Below are positions 29,151-42,930 of a DNA stretch of 64,000 bases, in pieces (within the stretch, counting starts at the first letter, position 1; the number at the start of each line of letters is the position of its first letter). Both the position numbers and the translations under genes were made by a program. Source of the DNA: Octopus bimaculoides (Eukaryota); the NCBI RefSeq assembly GCF_001194135.2, contig NC_068981.1:43848210-43912209 (forward strand), read 5' to 3'. The notes under the pieces were generated by a model. The model was not told the DNA's origin. It ran no database searches and saw only the letters and a program-made list of their open reading frames with translations.

Positions 29151-29985
29151 TCCCTCCACCATCAGTTGACAACCGATGTTGGTGTGTTTGTATCCCCTTG
29201 ACTTCACAGTTTGGCAGGAGAGACCGATAGAATAAGTACTAGGCTTACAATGACTAAGTCTTGGGGTTAATCTGTTTGACTAAAGGTGATGCTCCAGCAT
29301 GGCTACAGTCAAATGACTGAAAAAATAAAAGAATAAAAAAAAGGAAAACACATGTTAGGTCTCTTTACAGTTAGAGTATTAAATTTCACTCATAATGCAC
29401 TGGTCAACACAACACTCTGGTAGACAATACAGGTTGGAGTACTTGGGCAATGGAATTGGACCTTAAAACGATGTGGTTGCTAAGTGATCTTCCTAATCTC
29501 AAAATCATATATGTTACTGTTGTTAAACCTCAGAGTCAATAATAGCATAGCTAACAGGGGACAAGAGGTGTGACCACTCACCTCAGAGCACATTTTTCAA
29601 AATTGGTACCTTTTATAAAATGTATAAACAATGAGCTAAAAATTGTTTGGTATGTGTCACATCTTTGCTTTTGCATGTGCATGCTCACCCCAACTTTATA
29701 ACCTGGCCATGCCCTTGCTCAGAATAACTCTGGCGGAGAAGACCTAAAACAATTAGGATCCATCATTTTAATGGGTATGCAATATTGGTGCAGATATGTT
29801 AGCATGCTGGGCAAAATGCCTAGTGGTATTTTGTCTGTTTTTACGTTCTGAATTCAAATTTTGCTGAGGTTGACTTTGCCTTTCAACCTTTTGGGGGTCG
29901 ATAAATTAAGTACCAGTTGTGTACTGGGTTGATCTAATTGACTGGCCCCCTCCCAAAATATTTTGGACCTTGTGCCTAGAGCAGA
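29120..29985 (+). mobile_element. 3' half of SINE family A (~29120-29340) and a CpG-decayed SINE family B (~29780-29985)
   Basis: Both match consensus segments shared with other copies in this window. Confidence 0.75.
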
Positions 29986-30675
29986 AAAGAATATTGGTAC
30001 TATTTCATGTGCATACATATGGTTTTCTATACTTACAGTCAGAACTGAATGGCACAACAAAAAATAGTCTTGTTCCATAGAAAAAGGTTGTGGAGCAACC
30101 AGGATAATGGCACATACAATGACATGATATTCTGAATTGTGACTAAGCAATTTAGTTGAATAATGTTTGGAAAGCAGCTAAGAAATATTTTGTTATTCTT
30201 ACAATTTATTTAACTCAATTCTAGCATAGAAACCTAAATGTTTAGATATTGACCTTAGTTTATCAAATGTTGCTTGTGTAAATTGATATTAGTGAACAAA
30301 CCCTAGAAATTATATTGAAGTTTACCTGGGAAGAATTACAAATAAAGTCATGATTCTATTAGCTTAAGTGAACCATAGCATCTTTCAGTACACAGAAAAA
30401 TGTAAAAATTTTGATTTGGCCATAACTGTTTTCCAGACTTGTCACCAATCTCTAAACCAATTGTTGTCAAATCAATATGGTTTAGCAAAGATGGTCAAGA
30501 TTTGATGAAGGGGAAATTTACCATTTACTCTCAAAGGATAGAATTGAATGGTGCATATTCCTATGATTAGCCAAAGTTGTTGTGAGGGATTCTGGAAAGT
30601 AAATATTATCCCTTAGATGGTTATTCCATCTAAGGGATGTGTACAGATTACTCATGGAAAACAGAGAATCAATTA

Positions 30676-31358
30676 TTAGGTTGTTCCAAAAATAATGGCC
30701 ACTCTAAGTGTTGTGTTTTGAAATGCAATTTTATCATAGTATTTTAATTATATTCTAGGTGAATTTCGACATACTTAATAATTGATGTATGCTCTTTAAT
30801 AATTTTCTACTTATTTTAGACAGAAAACATTTTTGAAGCATAGGTGCCCTTTATTATGAACATGACAAAAAAGGACCTTCACCTACTTTTCTTGCATGAG
30901 TTCAAGCTTGGGCACAATGCCTACCAAACTGCTACCAATATCAACAGAGCATGGAGAGAGAGGTCCACAAGTGATCGCACAATATGAAGGTGGTTTCAGA
31001 AATTCTGTTGTGGTGATGAGAGCCTTGACAATGTAGATGGTAGAGGATGGTCATGCAGCTTTGACAATGAACAATTGAAAGCAATTGTTGAACAAAACCT
31101 GTGTCAAAGTATCAGAGAAATGTCTCAGGCACTTGGTGTTGGTATTGAAATGGTCTCACATAATCTGCAGAAGATTGGTAAGGTGAAAAAGCCCAATAAA
31201 TGGGTACTGCATGAGCTCAATGAAAATTAAAAGTTCGGCGTTTTGAAGTGTGATCGATGCTCTTTCTGTGAAAGACCAATGATCCTTTTCTTGACTGAAT
31301 AGTCACCTGTGACGAAAAGTGAATCCTTTATGATAACCGTAAGCGATCAGGTCAATGG
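30676..31358 (+). mobile_element. Mariner transposon 5' portion with transposase pseudogene (ATG at 30856)
   Basis: TA + ttaggttgttccaaaaataatggc left TIR. Translation gives LFLHEFKLGHNA...RWFQKF...KW(V)LHEL...IVTCDEK*ILYDN with several stops. It is truncated just after the first catalytic Asp. Confidence 0.9.
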
Positions 31359-33240
31359 AGTTGTAGCATTCAAATGAGCTATGGATAGGAGAATGAAAGA
31401 GGAAAAGTTGTACTGTACCTTACCTTATCTTGACAATATAACTGGACACACACAAAGAGAGAATGACCAAAATGTAAAGGAATTTCTGAAATTCCTTGGT
31501 TAGAGACACCTATGACTTAACAAATCAAAGAAAAGAAAATGCTGTGGATTTGATTAACGTCCTTGGATACTGTGTGAGGAATGGCATTAATAAGCCAAAT
31601 CTCAGGATTTGGCTTATTAATGAGATTTTTTCCTCACAGCAAAAAATTCCACATCCAGTAAATTTGCAATCCTTAAGTAGAGCACTAGGGACATTTATAA
31701 ATTATGCTAAATGGATCCATGGGTCTGCTGATAAAATTTGGCCATTGATAAACACAAGTAAATTTCTATTGTTTAAAATGGCTTTGAGTGCCTTTAATTT
31801 ATGAAAGAGGTAATTAGTGGAAGTCACTCTGCACTCAGTAGATGAAAACATACCCTTTGCTAGAGAATGTGATGTATCTGATATGGCTATTTCTGCTATT
31901 CTTAGCCAAGGTAGATAGTCTGTAGCATTCATGTGAAAGACACTACAAGGAAGTGAATTGCACTGCCATTACTGTTGAGGATGAAATGTCTGCCATTATA
32001 GAAATAGAGTGAAAATAGAACCATTATCTGGCAGAGTGCCACTTTAGCCTGGTCATTAATGAGATATCAATGGTCTTTATGATATAGATAAAGAATGATT
32101 TCGATAAAGAATGCAAAGATTCAAAATTGAAGACTGGAACTTGCAGCATCAAGCTGCACAATGAAATATCATCCTGGTAGGAAGGATGTGGTCACTAACA
32201 CATTTGCTTGTGTAAGCACCTGTTCAATTTTTCAATCTCCACACTTGATGACAGCCACAATGGACTATGATATCTAAGAATAACTTGGCCACTAATTTTG
32301 TTAGAGCACGGTATCTCCCCTTCTTGACAGAAGATATGAAATTGATTTGTTCTTCTTATAGAGATCTGTGCTGAACTAAAAACCTCTGTTCTACCACTTC
32401 CATCTCATCAGAAGGGACTCTTAACAAAGCAAAAGAGGCTGTAGAACAAGTTAGTATGAACTTCAATGGACCGTTTCCTATTGTTTCAGAGTTCATATCT
32501 GCTTATGATTGTTGATGAATATTCATGATACCCCTTTGCTTTTACATACCTCTATATCCATATGACAACAGTAGTCAGATATCTGGATTTCTTGTTCAGC
32601 TAATGCAGAGATGCCATATTATATATACATATCTGATCAAGACATTTCTTACATGTTTCCTACATATAGAGGGTGGTCCATTTGGCCCTTGGAGAACATA
32701 ATTTCTTTAAGAAGCATTGGAAATTGGTGCTTGCAGAGGCAATATACTCCCCCCAAAAACAGACACTACATGTCACGAATATGTCTTTACATTTTACATT
32801 CCAGAGCCTCTCTTCCCATAAAAATGTGCTGCCCTCCAAGCAATTGACTCCAACACCAGTACTTTTAGTGAAGATCAGGAGAAATAACAAGAAAGAACCA
32901 TTTGTAGATCAGGATCAACTCAAAAGTAATCCAACTTGAGCAAACATCAGATATCCAAAGGAGCAGGAGTCTACTGTTTCTGTTTCACGACTTGGCACCC
33001 TGTCCTGAAACCCAGACAATCCCATCTCTCCTATTGTGGAACAAAACAATGGTATTTTAACAGTAGCGGGACCAAATAAGAAAGATATGATATGCAATTG
33101 AGTGGAGAGAGGATGAAAGGCCACAGGGACTATGGAAATCAAGTTGTGAGCCAAAACCTCCCAACTGATATGGGTAGGAGGATTCCCCAAAATTGTTTGA
33201 CATTAGTAAAGATTTTGCTTTCTTTTCCAAGGGGGAAATT
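31354..33240 (+). mobile_element. Decayed Ty3/Gypsy LTR-retrotransposon pol remnant (RT 3' half, RNase H, integrase)
   Basis: NGVVAF..AMDR..KEEKL..LPYLDNI (RT), SLSRALGTFINYAKWI, ECDVSDMAISAILSQ (RNase H), and integrase-like segments. A purine tract agggggaaa at ~33230 could be the PPT. No LTR pair is evident. Confidence 0.75.
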
Positions 33241-33859
33241 GAAATGTTACTATTGTTTCATGTCCATACTTGTGTTTTTCTATTCTTAAAACCACATCTG
33301 AATGATACAAGAGAGTGTTGTTTAGAAAAGCATAGGAATAACACACACAGTGATGTAATAGTAATATTCCGAACAGTAATTAAGCAATTGAGTTGAATAA
33401 AATTTCGAAAGTAGCTACCAAAATTTTCATTATCACTACAACGTATTTATGACTAAATTATTTAATGGGTGTTTTGCATGTTAAAGATAGCAATGTGAAA
33501 ATTAAAGCATGATTTGGCTGCTAGTTTAAGAAAGTTGAGTGATCAGGAAAGCTCGAGAGAGTCAATTGATCAGGAACATTCAGGAAAGCAGAATGATAAC
33601 TGAGAAACTATCATCCATCCATTCCATCTCATTTCATCTTTAATGTCTACTTCTCCATGCCTAAATGGAGGAGTAGACATGGAATAGACGTGGAATAGAT
33701 GTGAAATAGACACAAATTGTTGAGGCAACCCTCATTTGTTTCCAAGCAATGTAATTTCCCAACAGTTAATCATGGTTTATTTTTTGCCAGATGATAAGAA
33801 ATGTGGTTCATTTATAGCTGTCATGTGATGTCAAGACAAAGACTCACACACACACATAT

Positions 33860-33894
<35 letters not shown>

Positions 33895-34335
33895 CACACA
33901 AATATATAACAGTCTTCTTTCAGTTTCTATCTTACAAATCCACTCACAATGCATCAGTGCACTGGTCGATATGCATCTATAATACACATTCCCTAGATGC
34001 CATGCAGTGGGAGCTGAACTCAAACCCACATGTTTAGGAAACCAGGTAACCACCCCCACCATACTTATATATATATTCTTTTATTCTTTTACTCGTTTCA
34101 GTTATTTGACTCCAACCATGCTGGAGCACCACCTCAAAGGGTTTTTTAGTTGAACAAATGAGCCCCAAGACTTTTTTAAAGCCTAGTACTAATTCTATCT
34201 GTCTCTTTTGCCAAACTGCTAAGTTATGGAGATATAAACACACCAACACCAGTTGTCAAGCAGCGATAGAGGACAAACACAAACACAAAGACACACATAC
34301 ATACATACATATATATATACATATACGTATATATA

Positions 34336-34871
34336 CAAGGGTGAGTCAAAAGGTAATGCCATTTTGTTTAGGACAGGTATAATTACCAACACAGGAACAT
34401 GTGTCATACATCAAAATGAAGCTGGTCCTCTGCGGATCACATCCCTACTTCTCAACATAGTCACCGTTTTTCTCAATAGCAATGTTTTACCTTCGAATGA
34501 GAACATGTATCCCTACCACGTAAAATTCTGTTGACTGTTCTTTGAACCAATTCTTCACTACAGTTTTCACTTACTCGTCAGTGGACTATCATCATCACTG
34601 GACTATTATCTCTCCTGTTCCATGAAAGAGGATTTGAAAGGCAAACATTATTCCAGTGATGAGGAAGTAAAAACTATAGTGGAGAAGTGGCTCAAAGAAC
34701 AGCCAACAGAATTTTACGGGGCAGGGATACATGCTCTCATTCGAAGGTGGAACATTGCTCCACAGAGGACCAGCTTCATTTTGAGCTTCATTTTGATGTA
34801 TGATACATGTTCCTGTGTTGGTAATTATACCTGTTCTAAACAAAATGGCATTACTTTTTGACTCACCCTCA
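34336..34871. mobile_element. Fold-back mariner derivative: two 3' halves joined as an inverted repeat
   Basis: 34336-34585 is the reverse complement of 34652-34871. Both arms encode the transposase C-terminus (KGKHYSSDEEVK...IRRWNIA) plus the TIR gagggtgagtcaaaa. TA flanks on both sides. Confidence 0.85.
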
Positions 34872-35299
34872 TATATATATATATATATATAAAATTAGTA
34901 GGGTTAAAGGTTGGAATAACCACCTAAGGGATAAAATATCCGTTTTATTACTGGTATAATTACCGATGTTAACCCTGGACATATATATGCAAGCATATTA
35001 TGCTCATAGGTTACAGGCACTGTTAAAGGTAAACACGAGTTTATCCGGAATCAAATTTAAAGTAAACAGAAAAGAGAGAAATATTGATCAACAACAATTC
35101 ACTAACATCAATTATTACTTTTGGATACAAATAGATTGTATCCCATCTAACAGCTGTCTTTGCTTCCAATGTTCTCAATGGCAATACCATAGAACATTGG
35201 AAGCAGAAACAGCTGTTAGATGAAATAGAGTCTATTTGTATTAAAAAGTAACAATTGATGTTAGTGATAAATATTTCTCCATTTTCTGTTTACTTTATA

Positions 35300-35334
<35 letters not shown>

Positions 35335-35340
<6 letters not shown>

Positions 35341-35492
35341 CGGACTTCTTTCAGTTTATGTCTACCAAATCCACTCACAAGGGTTTGGTCAACTCAAGGC
35401 TGTAGTAGAAGACACTTACCAAAGGTGCCATGTAGTGAGACTGAACCCAGAACCATGTGGTTTGGAAGCAAGCTTCTTACCACACAGCCACA
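35335..35492 (-). mobile_element. SINE family A, 5' half
   Basis: gacggacttctttcagttt...aaggtgcca...cttaccacacagccac, matching the copy at 23080-23218. Confidence 0.8.
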
Positions 35493-36732
35493 CTTGAAAA
35501 TGTGAAAGAGAGAAATGAATAAATCCATTAATAATACTGACAAGTATACTTGACAGTATTTCGTGTTTACAGAACTAGCGATGTGTTAATTTAAAGGAAA
35601 TCATCACACTCCACAATATCATTTCTTTCTCTCTATCAGTGTTGTTTTATCTTTCCTGCTGTTTTGCATCCATTTTTATATGCCAAGAATGAATGCAACG
35701 CTGTTTGATGGAGCTATTGTTTCTTCTTTCTTTACAGTTAGATTAGATATTGTTTCTATCACAAACTACTCAACTCAGCTGTGAAGTAAAAGTGGAAAAT
35801 GAAAAAAGAATGCCTGTTGATTTGTGTCGCCAGGTGAACTGAAGCAAGTATTGCCATCTGCTCCACTAATGAGGCACAGCACAATGGCTCTATTAAGCTC
35901 TGTTTGAAATGTTGACCATGTGGTCAGTCACAGTCAATGACATAGTATCATAACCTTGAAACTATTGAGAAAAAGAAACACCCATAAATATTGATTCTAT
36001 TTTTACCTGGAGTGCATGATAACATTCTGGTACATTAATTTACTTCAGTTTACTACTTGTATTGATTGGTGCCAACGAATGATTATGTAATATCTCCATT
36101 TGCAAGAAAAAGCAACCAAATATCTCTCAAGTCACACCCTTCCATCTTAAATAAAGGAGACAACCTCCACCCTCCTACAAAAAAAAATCCCCAAAAAAAC
36201 CAGGATTATCTTACAATACATTCACTTGAATAAAAGGTAGCATGATCATGGCTGTAATGCCTCTGATCATGGGTCTGCTCAGTTAGGGTTGACCTGTGGT
36301 TAAACAACTAGTATTGATTGTCTTGCTTACATAAAAGCTAAAACAAAGTATGGAGCTGGATAGCATGAACCATCAATTCTCACATACTACTCTTTAAAAT
36401 TCTCTCTAAAATAAAAAAAAAAAAAATTCGTAAGGTAGTATTTATTTTATTTGGTTAAAAACAAAATTATTTTATTAGCTTTAAAAAAATATTACGTTGA
36501 AAGAAAATTATTTTATTACACAAAAAGTAAAGCAAAATTTGGAGTTAAAAGAAAGACAAATAAGTGAATGAACATGACAAAATAGCAATGAAGAGGTCTA
36601 TAAAATTTTATAACTTAAGAATGTATAACAGAGAAAGTAAACAGCTTATAAATAATTAATAACAATTTAACTTGACTAGTGAGGAGAAACCTCTAATTGA
36701 AAAACAGAAACTTGGTTATTATTACTACTATT

Positions 36733-36786
<54 letters not shown>

Positions 36787-38074
36787 GCTGTTGTTGTCAT
36801 CATCATCGTTGTCGTCGTCTTCATCATCACGAGTAATGTTATTGGTTTGTCATGCTCTGAAATGAATGTGTAGTGAGGAAATTTCATTCAGTGGTATATT
36901 TTGATGGTGGTGGGCTTTTGCACTTGTACTCTCCCTAGTAAAATTACTAGTTTACTAGCCAAAGGGAAAATTGTTAAAAATCACTTCGCAAGCATCATGG
37001 TGTTTATTTGGCACAGATACAGAATTCACTTATCTGCAAATAGATTGATCAGTAGTTTACAATGGGTTTTTTTCTTTTACACTTTGTGGCATGTTAGAAA
37101 GCAAACAAAAAATTACTGGCTCACTTTGTATGGAAATTTAAAAATTACTGCAGTATTTCCCATGGGAAGTAAAATAATCCTTTAAAAATACTAAGTATTA
37201 GAGCAAAATATTCAGAAAAAAAATTCTAGAAAACTATTGTTTATTTTCTTTTGTTAATCATACTTTTGGATAACAAAATTATGAATAACCATTTTTCTAA
37301 GACACTCAAGTATTAATATCAATTTTCTAAAGCCTAAAATTATATTTTTAAAAGTCTATAGTGTACTTGTTGAGAACCAATGAACTGACAGTTAAATATC
37401 TATTTATTATATTCAGTTTTCAAACATATTACAATAAAATACTATATAACTTACAAAGAGGGTTCATTATTATCACCATCATTTGATGTCTATCTTCCAT
37501 GCTGGCATAGGTTGGATAGTTTGACAAAATCCAATGAGCCTGCATCAAGGTCCAGTGTTTGCACCAAGGTCTAGTGTCTGCTTTGGCATGGTTTCTATTG
37601 TTGGATGCACTTTTTAACACCAAACACTTTTACAGAGTGTACTGGGTGATTCTTTTCATGTCATACGCACTAGTGAGGTTGCCAAGTAACTTTCAAAGCA
37701 AAGTAAAAGAAGAAAGAAGAATGGAGTTGCAGTAGAGGGTGAGGTGGCTTTATGTCAGATGTTAAGAGGCTAATATATAATAGAAGGTTAGGTTCCACCT
37801 TACTAATACTCTGAAACACATTATGCATAAACTAAAATCTCAGTGAGAGTTAAGTTCTATATGATTCCTTATAGCTTCTGTAACAGATCTTTAAAAGAAG
37901 TGTGTTTGGTGTTTTATGTTATGCTATCAACATTAGAATGTTGTTCTTCTTGGGAATTTAGGGCTTTTTTGTTTTTACATCCTAAAGATTTTATTGATTT
38001 GATACCCAACAATCTTGCTCCTCTTCAAAATGTCTGTGCTATCATAATCATTTAGAAATGAAAATATATCACCA

Positions 38075-38910
38075 TCATTTAACGTCCGCCTTCCATGCTA
38101 GCATGGGTTGGACAAATTGACTGAGGACTGGCAAATCAGAAGGCTGCACCAGGCTCCAATCTGATCTGGCAGAGTTTCTACAGCTGGATGCCCTTCCTAA
38201 TGCCAACCACTCCGAGAGTGTAGTGGGTGCTTTTACGTGCCACCGGCATGAAGGCCAGTCAGGTGGTACTGGCAACGGCCACGCTCAAAATGGTGTATTT
38301 TATGTGCCACCTGCACAGGAGCCAGTTCATCGGTACTGGCAATGAACTCACTCGAATGTCTTTTCCTGTGCCACTGGTACACAAGTGCCAGGAAGTCGAC
38401 GTTGGTAACGATCACACTCAAATGGTGCTATTTACGTGCCACCGGCATGGAAGCCAGACAGCTGGTGCTCTGGCAAAGATCACGCTCANNNNNNNNNNNN
38501 NNNNNNGTCCGCCTTCCATGCTAGCATGGGTTGGACAAATTGACTGAGGACTGGCAAATCAGAAGGCTGCACCAGGCTCCAATCTGATCTGGCAGAGTTT
38601 CTACAGCTGGATGCCCTTCCTAATGCCAACCACTCCGAGAGTGTAGTGGGTGCTTTTACGTGCCACCGGCATGAAGGCCAGTCAGGTGGTACTGGCAACG
38701 GCCACGCTCAAAATGGTGTATTTTATGTGCCACCTGCACAGGAGCCAGTTCATCGGTACTGGCAATGAACTCACTCGAATGTCTTTTCCTGTGCCACTGG
38801 TACACAAGTGCCAGGAAGTCGACGTTGGTAACGATCACACTCAAATGGTGCTATTTACGTGCCACCGGCATGGAAGCCAGACAGCTGGTGCTCTGGCAAA
38901 GATCACGCTC
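38075..38910 (-). mobile_element. RTE-tail-type short element present twice in tandem across an 18-N gap
   Basis: ~38085-38488 and ~38507-38909 look identical. Both contain the tttctacagctggatgcccttcctaatgccaacc tail motif. Confidence 0.8.
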
Positions 38911-40401
38911 AGACGGTGCTATCTAGACAAATTCTACATGCTCTAAATATCTTAACATACATATTATGAATAATAAAAACTATTAGCTATGCACCTTAGT
39001 TCCTACATGTATGCATAAAAATGCTCCATAGTTGAATCCTGAGTTCAATATTCTATTGTTTTTATTTGTATAATTACACAGTTCTATTCACAATTGGAAA
39101 ATTTGAATGAAACTTGCTGATTATATAATTATGGTTAGTTTGACAGTAGAAAACTATTAGCCTTTTGTCCCTTTCAAAAAAAATGAACCTTGGCCACTAC
39201 ACTTCTGATGGAATGATTATCTCTTTGAACTAAATGAAGAAAAATTCTAAGGTTATATTTGTTGTCATGAAACAGCAAACAAAACGTAGCTCTATTAGCA
39301 TCTAGATGAAAGATAGGCCTTGAAAGTAGCTTCAAATTGTCATGTATTTCTCTATTAGATGAGTTTGTTTGTTCAGAAAAGGTTTTTTTACTCATATGCA
39401 TATACATACATGAATGCACGCGCACACACACACGCATGCACACACAAACACACACACACACACACACACAAAGAAAATTGTACAAAAGAAAATCAAATAG
39501 AATATTGTGCTTTCTCTCCATGTTGGGAAAAATTCTATTGAACAGTGATGTGTTGAAGTGATGATGGTGTATATTATCACATGAATTAGACATTCATCAC
39601 AAACGCAATCCCTGCCTTAGCAATATAACAGCTGAAGAGAAAAAAACTCCTTTGAGAATATTTTGCTCATTGCTGCAAAAATATTTAGCACAGTTCCCGA
39701 TTTGCTGGCCATTTATTTTTTTCTTTTACTCTACTATACTTCCAAGTTCCATACATCACTAGTCACACAATAGAGTGACATTAGCTGACTGTCATGATAT
39801 TCAATCCTGTGTGTACAGGATTATGGCTTTGGTTTTTTAAAAACTGAAGAAAAAAAAAAAAAGAAAACAGAAAACAGATCTATCCCAGTCCTGTACATAT
39901 AACTGAAAACTTAATGGAGATCAATAATGGTACCAAAATGCTATAACTCACTTTTTCCAAATGTTTTGATTTAGTCAGAGTAGTTCACTTCTCAGGGTTT
40001 CCGACACAGAAGGAGATGTGAAACAAGTTATTCTCAGACTGATCTGTATGTTGTGAGAGTGCTGAAAACACATGAAAGCCAGGTGATGCTGTTTAGATTA
40101 GGCAATAGATTAAGCTTATATCTAAAAAAAAATTTTGTGTGTTTTGTATGATGTGAGCTGAGTCTGTCTCCCTTGTTTAAAACATCTAACGTCTATCACA
40201 TCTAATTTCTCTACATACACTTCATTTATTTAGATGATGCTGATGAGAATCTTAACCATCAACATCTTAATGTTTCTTTGTCTTAACGGATTTTATCTCA
40301 ATTGGCCAGAATTCTCTATCTTGCCACTTACCTTGATCTAGCTTGATCTTATCTGTGAAGACGAACATTTCACTAAGTCTTTTCTTCAGTCATTTTCCTT
40401 A

Positions 40402-40973
40402 CTAAATCTGTTTTATTTCACACTTTAATATCCTAAAAAGAAAGGAAACATTAGATAAAGTAGTTCAGCACATACTATACTTTGGATTAAGGGATATGAA
40501 GTCAAACTAAGCAATAGCAGAAGTCACAACTCTTATAACAAGAATTTTGTGTTGAATTCTGTTTGAGAGTTTTTGAAAAAATTTATTTAATCAGTGTATT
40601 CTTAGGGATTAGACAAAGTAAGGATATTTGTAGATGACCATATTAGTATAGAGTGTAAAAAAAATGCAAATTTACCCAATCCTGAAAGCCTGATATGGCT
40701 TGAAGCCTTGTTTCAGTTTTGTGACATTTTGCAGATGTGAAGTACCTCTGCTCTTTCAAAAGGGCTATTCTTTCATTGATAATTTTACCCTAATATTAAG
40801 TATTTATTCCGTTATTTATATATGCAAAATCATATGGAATTATATCTATAGTCAACTAAAATATTAAAATGAGCAAAGCACACTAAAATTCATCTGTTCC
40901 CAATAACTTATTTACTCAATTACCCTGCCATTAATGAAGTCCTCAACATACTTCTTCAAGTGTATGTTTAATC
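40402..40973 (-). CDS. Candidate 3' coding exons 40924-40973, 40746-40789 and 40402-40432
   Basis: GT-AG boundaries with compatible phases (1-0, 0-2, 2-stop). Reads GLNIHLKKYVEDFINGR-GKIINERIALLKEQ-RILKCEIKQI followed by TAG TAA. The last acceptor (tttcctttctttttag) is strong. Confidence 0.35.
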
Positions 40974-41689
40974 CTTTGACAGTGAAATCNNNNNNNNNNN
41001 NNNNNNNNNNNNNNNNNNNNNNNNNNNNNNNNNNNNNNNNNNNNNNNNNNNNNNNNNNNNNNNNNNNNNNNNNNNNNNNNNNNNNNNNNNNNNNNNNNNN
41101 NNNNNNNNNNNNNNNNNNNNNNNNNNNNNNNNNNNNNNNNNNNNNNNNNNNNNNNNNNNNNNNNNNNNNNNNNNNNNNNNNNNNNNNNNNNNNNNNNNNN
41201 NNNNNNNNNNNNNNNNNNNNNNNNNNNGAAGTGAGGGAAATACTTTTGAAGATAAAATTCAATAACTAAAATATCAGTTAAATCATGAATAGTACCTAAT
41301 TTGTGAAGTTAGATGTAACAAGTAGTCTGGAGTTGAATTAGTTAGGCAGCAACTGGTATATATAGATAGGACTTATGTTACAAGCTGGTACTTTTAATTC
41401 AAATATGAGGTTTCAAGTCTATTAATATAGTATAAACATTAAATATGATCTAACATAATGAATTGTTCAGAAATTATGCTGCATAGTACTCCATAACATT
41501 TTATTATTTGCTGAAGATGCAGATAGCAGGAAGATAACTACTGTCTAAGGAAGAAATTAAATTACATTCAGTGTTTATAAAGCAGGAAAAATAGATAGGT
41601 GAATCTGTGTCTGTGTGAAGTGTGAACAGATTTTATAGTTTGGAGAGGAAGAGAGTACACCATCACAGATTGGTAAACAGAATCTCATT

Positions 41690-42190
41690 ATAAACTTGGT
41701 TGCCCCTTCTTAAGAGTTGTACACATGAGGAAAATATTATTGTAACCTTCTGGTCCTCTAATTATGAGCAATATGTAATAACTACCTTTCTGTTTCCTCA
41801 ACCGATTGGCCTCACCATTGCCTTGGGCCTTTCTTACCATGTATAAAACTGCCTCACCAAGATTGGCCTTGAATTTCAGTGCCACAAAATATTCTAGCCC
41901 TCAATAACTGCTATTCCCTACAAAGCTTAAGTGAGAGCTATAATGGTGCTTTGCTCTGACATCTGAGATAGTGCTGTTGCTACACACATAGATATATCTT
42001 AGACTACATCCGAAGACAAGCCATTCAGCTTATTGGCATGAAGTCACTCAGCAACATACTCCAATATTTGGCCTAAAAATATGCTGTTTCCTCCTTTTGT
42101 CTTTTCTATCACTGCCGCATTAACCTCTGCTCCTCTAGTCTGGTTTGATTCATGCCAGACCTACTCAAGTATTCTTGTCTCTTCTTGTCA
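41690..42190 (-). mobile_element. Probable decayed LINE endonuclease (APE) fragment
   Basis: Weak resemblance by eye to RTE-type APE N-terminal motifs (RY-I--ALSE-like, GY--F-like). Many stops. Confidence 0.3.
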
Positions 42191-42930
42191 TCCATATTGC
42201 ATTCACTACCTACTGTCTATGCACTAACCACTGTGTCCAACTCTTTCTCAGAATGTTACAAGGCACAACCATTCACACAACCAAGCTCTGTTCTCTATTG
42301 TTTTAAGTTTGCAGCATATAACATGCATTCTTGCTTGAGGCATTTAGAAGTAAGATATCTAATTTTGTTTCCTATAATTTTTCAATCTGTATACAGATAC
42401 CACATTTAAGTTATCTCAATATGAGCATCCCTAACTGACTCAGATATCAGTTTGAGGTGAAGTTGTGTTAAACTTAAAATAATCTGGAAATGGATTGATT
42501 CAATCAGCTTGGAGAAAACCTAGATCATTTCAATGATTTAGCTAAAAAAAAAAGCGAAGCTGAAAGTAATAATAAAAAAAGATAATAAAAGAAGAGAAAA
42601 TGAAAAATCACAAGATAAAATAGAAAAGACTGTTTGACTTTGAAATCTTTATTTTTTAAACAATTTCTCTGTTCTCACCATCAGCTTCTCCCAGTTTTCA
42701 GCATGTAAAGTGGTTGTAAGAAATCTCTGTTTCTTCCCTCCCCACCTCTTTGTCTCTTTCTTTTTCTCTCTGCTTAAATTGCAAATGTAATGCACGTTTT
42801 CCACATAGAAGGATTAAAGTTTAGTATTGAAAGCTAATGAAACACCTGTTATTCATGAATTATCTTCACTACTGACAGCAGAGAATATTATCTACACATT
42901 AGATGGAGTGGACAAGTTAAGAGTGCTTAC

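Larger units (their letters stand above)
4653..41227. other. Assembly gaps (N runs) at ~4653-4889, 8126-8758, 10876-10996, 13156-13165, 13951-14429, 25056-25933, 27452-27461, 38489-38506, 40990-41227
   Basis: Directly visible. Most abut microsatellites. Confidence 0.95.

Noticed and set aside
35747-35832. Plus-strand SCEVKVENEKRMPVDLCRQ neuropeptide-like exon
   Set aside because: It needs the third of three closely spaced AGs, because the strong upstream acceptor gives a stop in that frame. The purine-rich stretch is equally explained as a minus-strand pyrimidine tract.
38085-38909. Apparently identical ~400 bp tandem duplication
   Set aside because: The copies abut an 18-N gap and look identical, which is the signature of unmerged contig overlap. 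The same pattern occurs at 13090-13230 around a 10-N gap.
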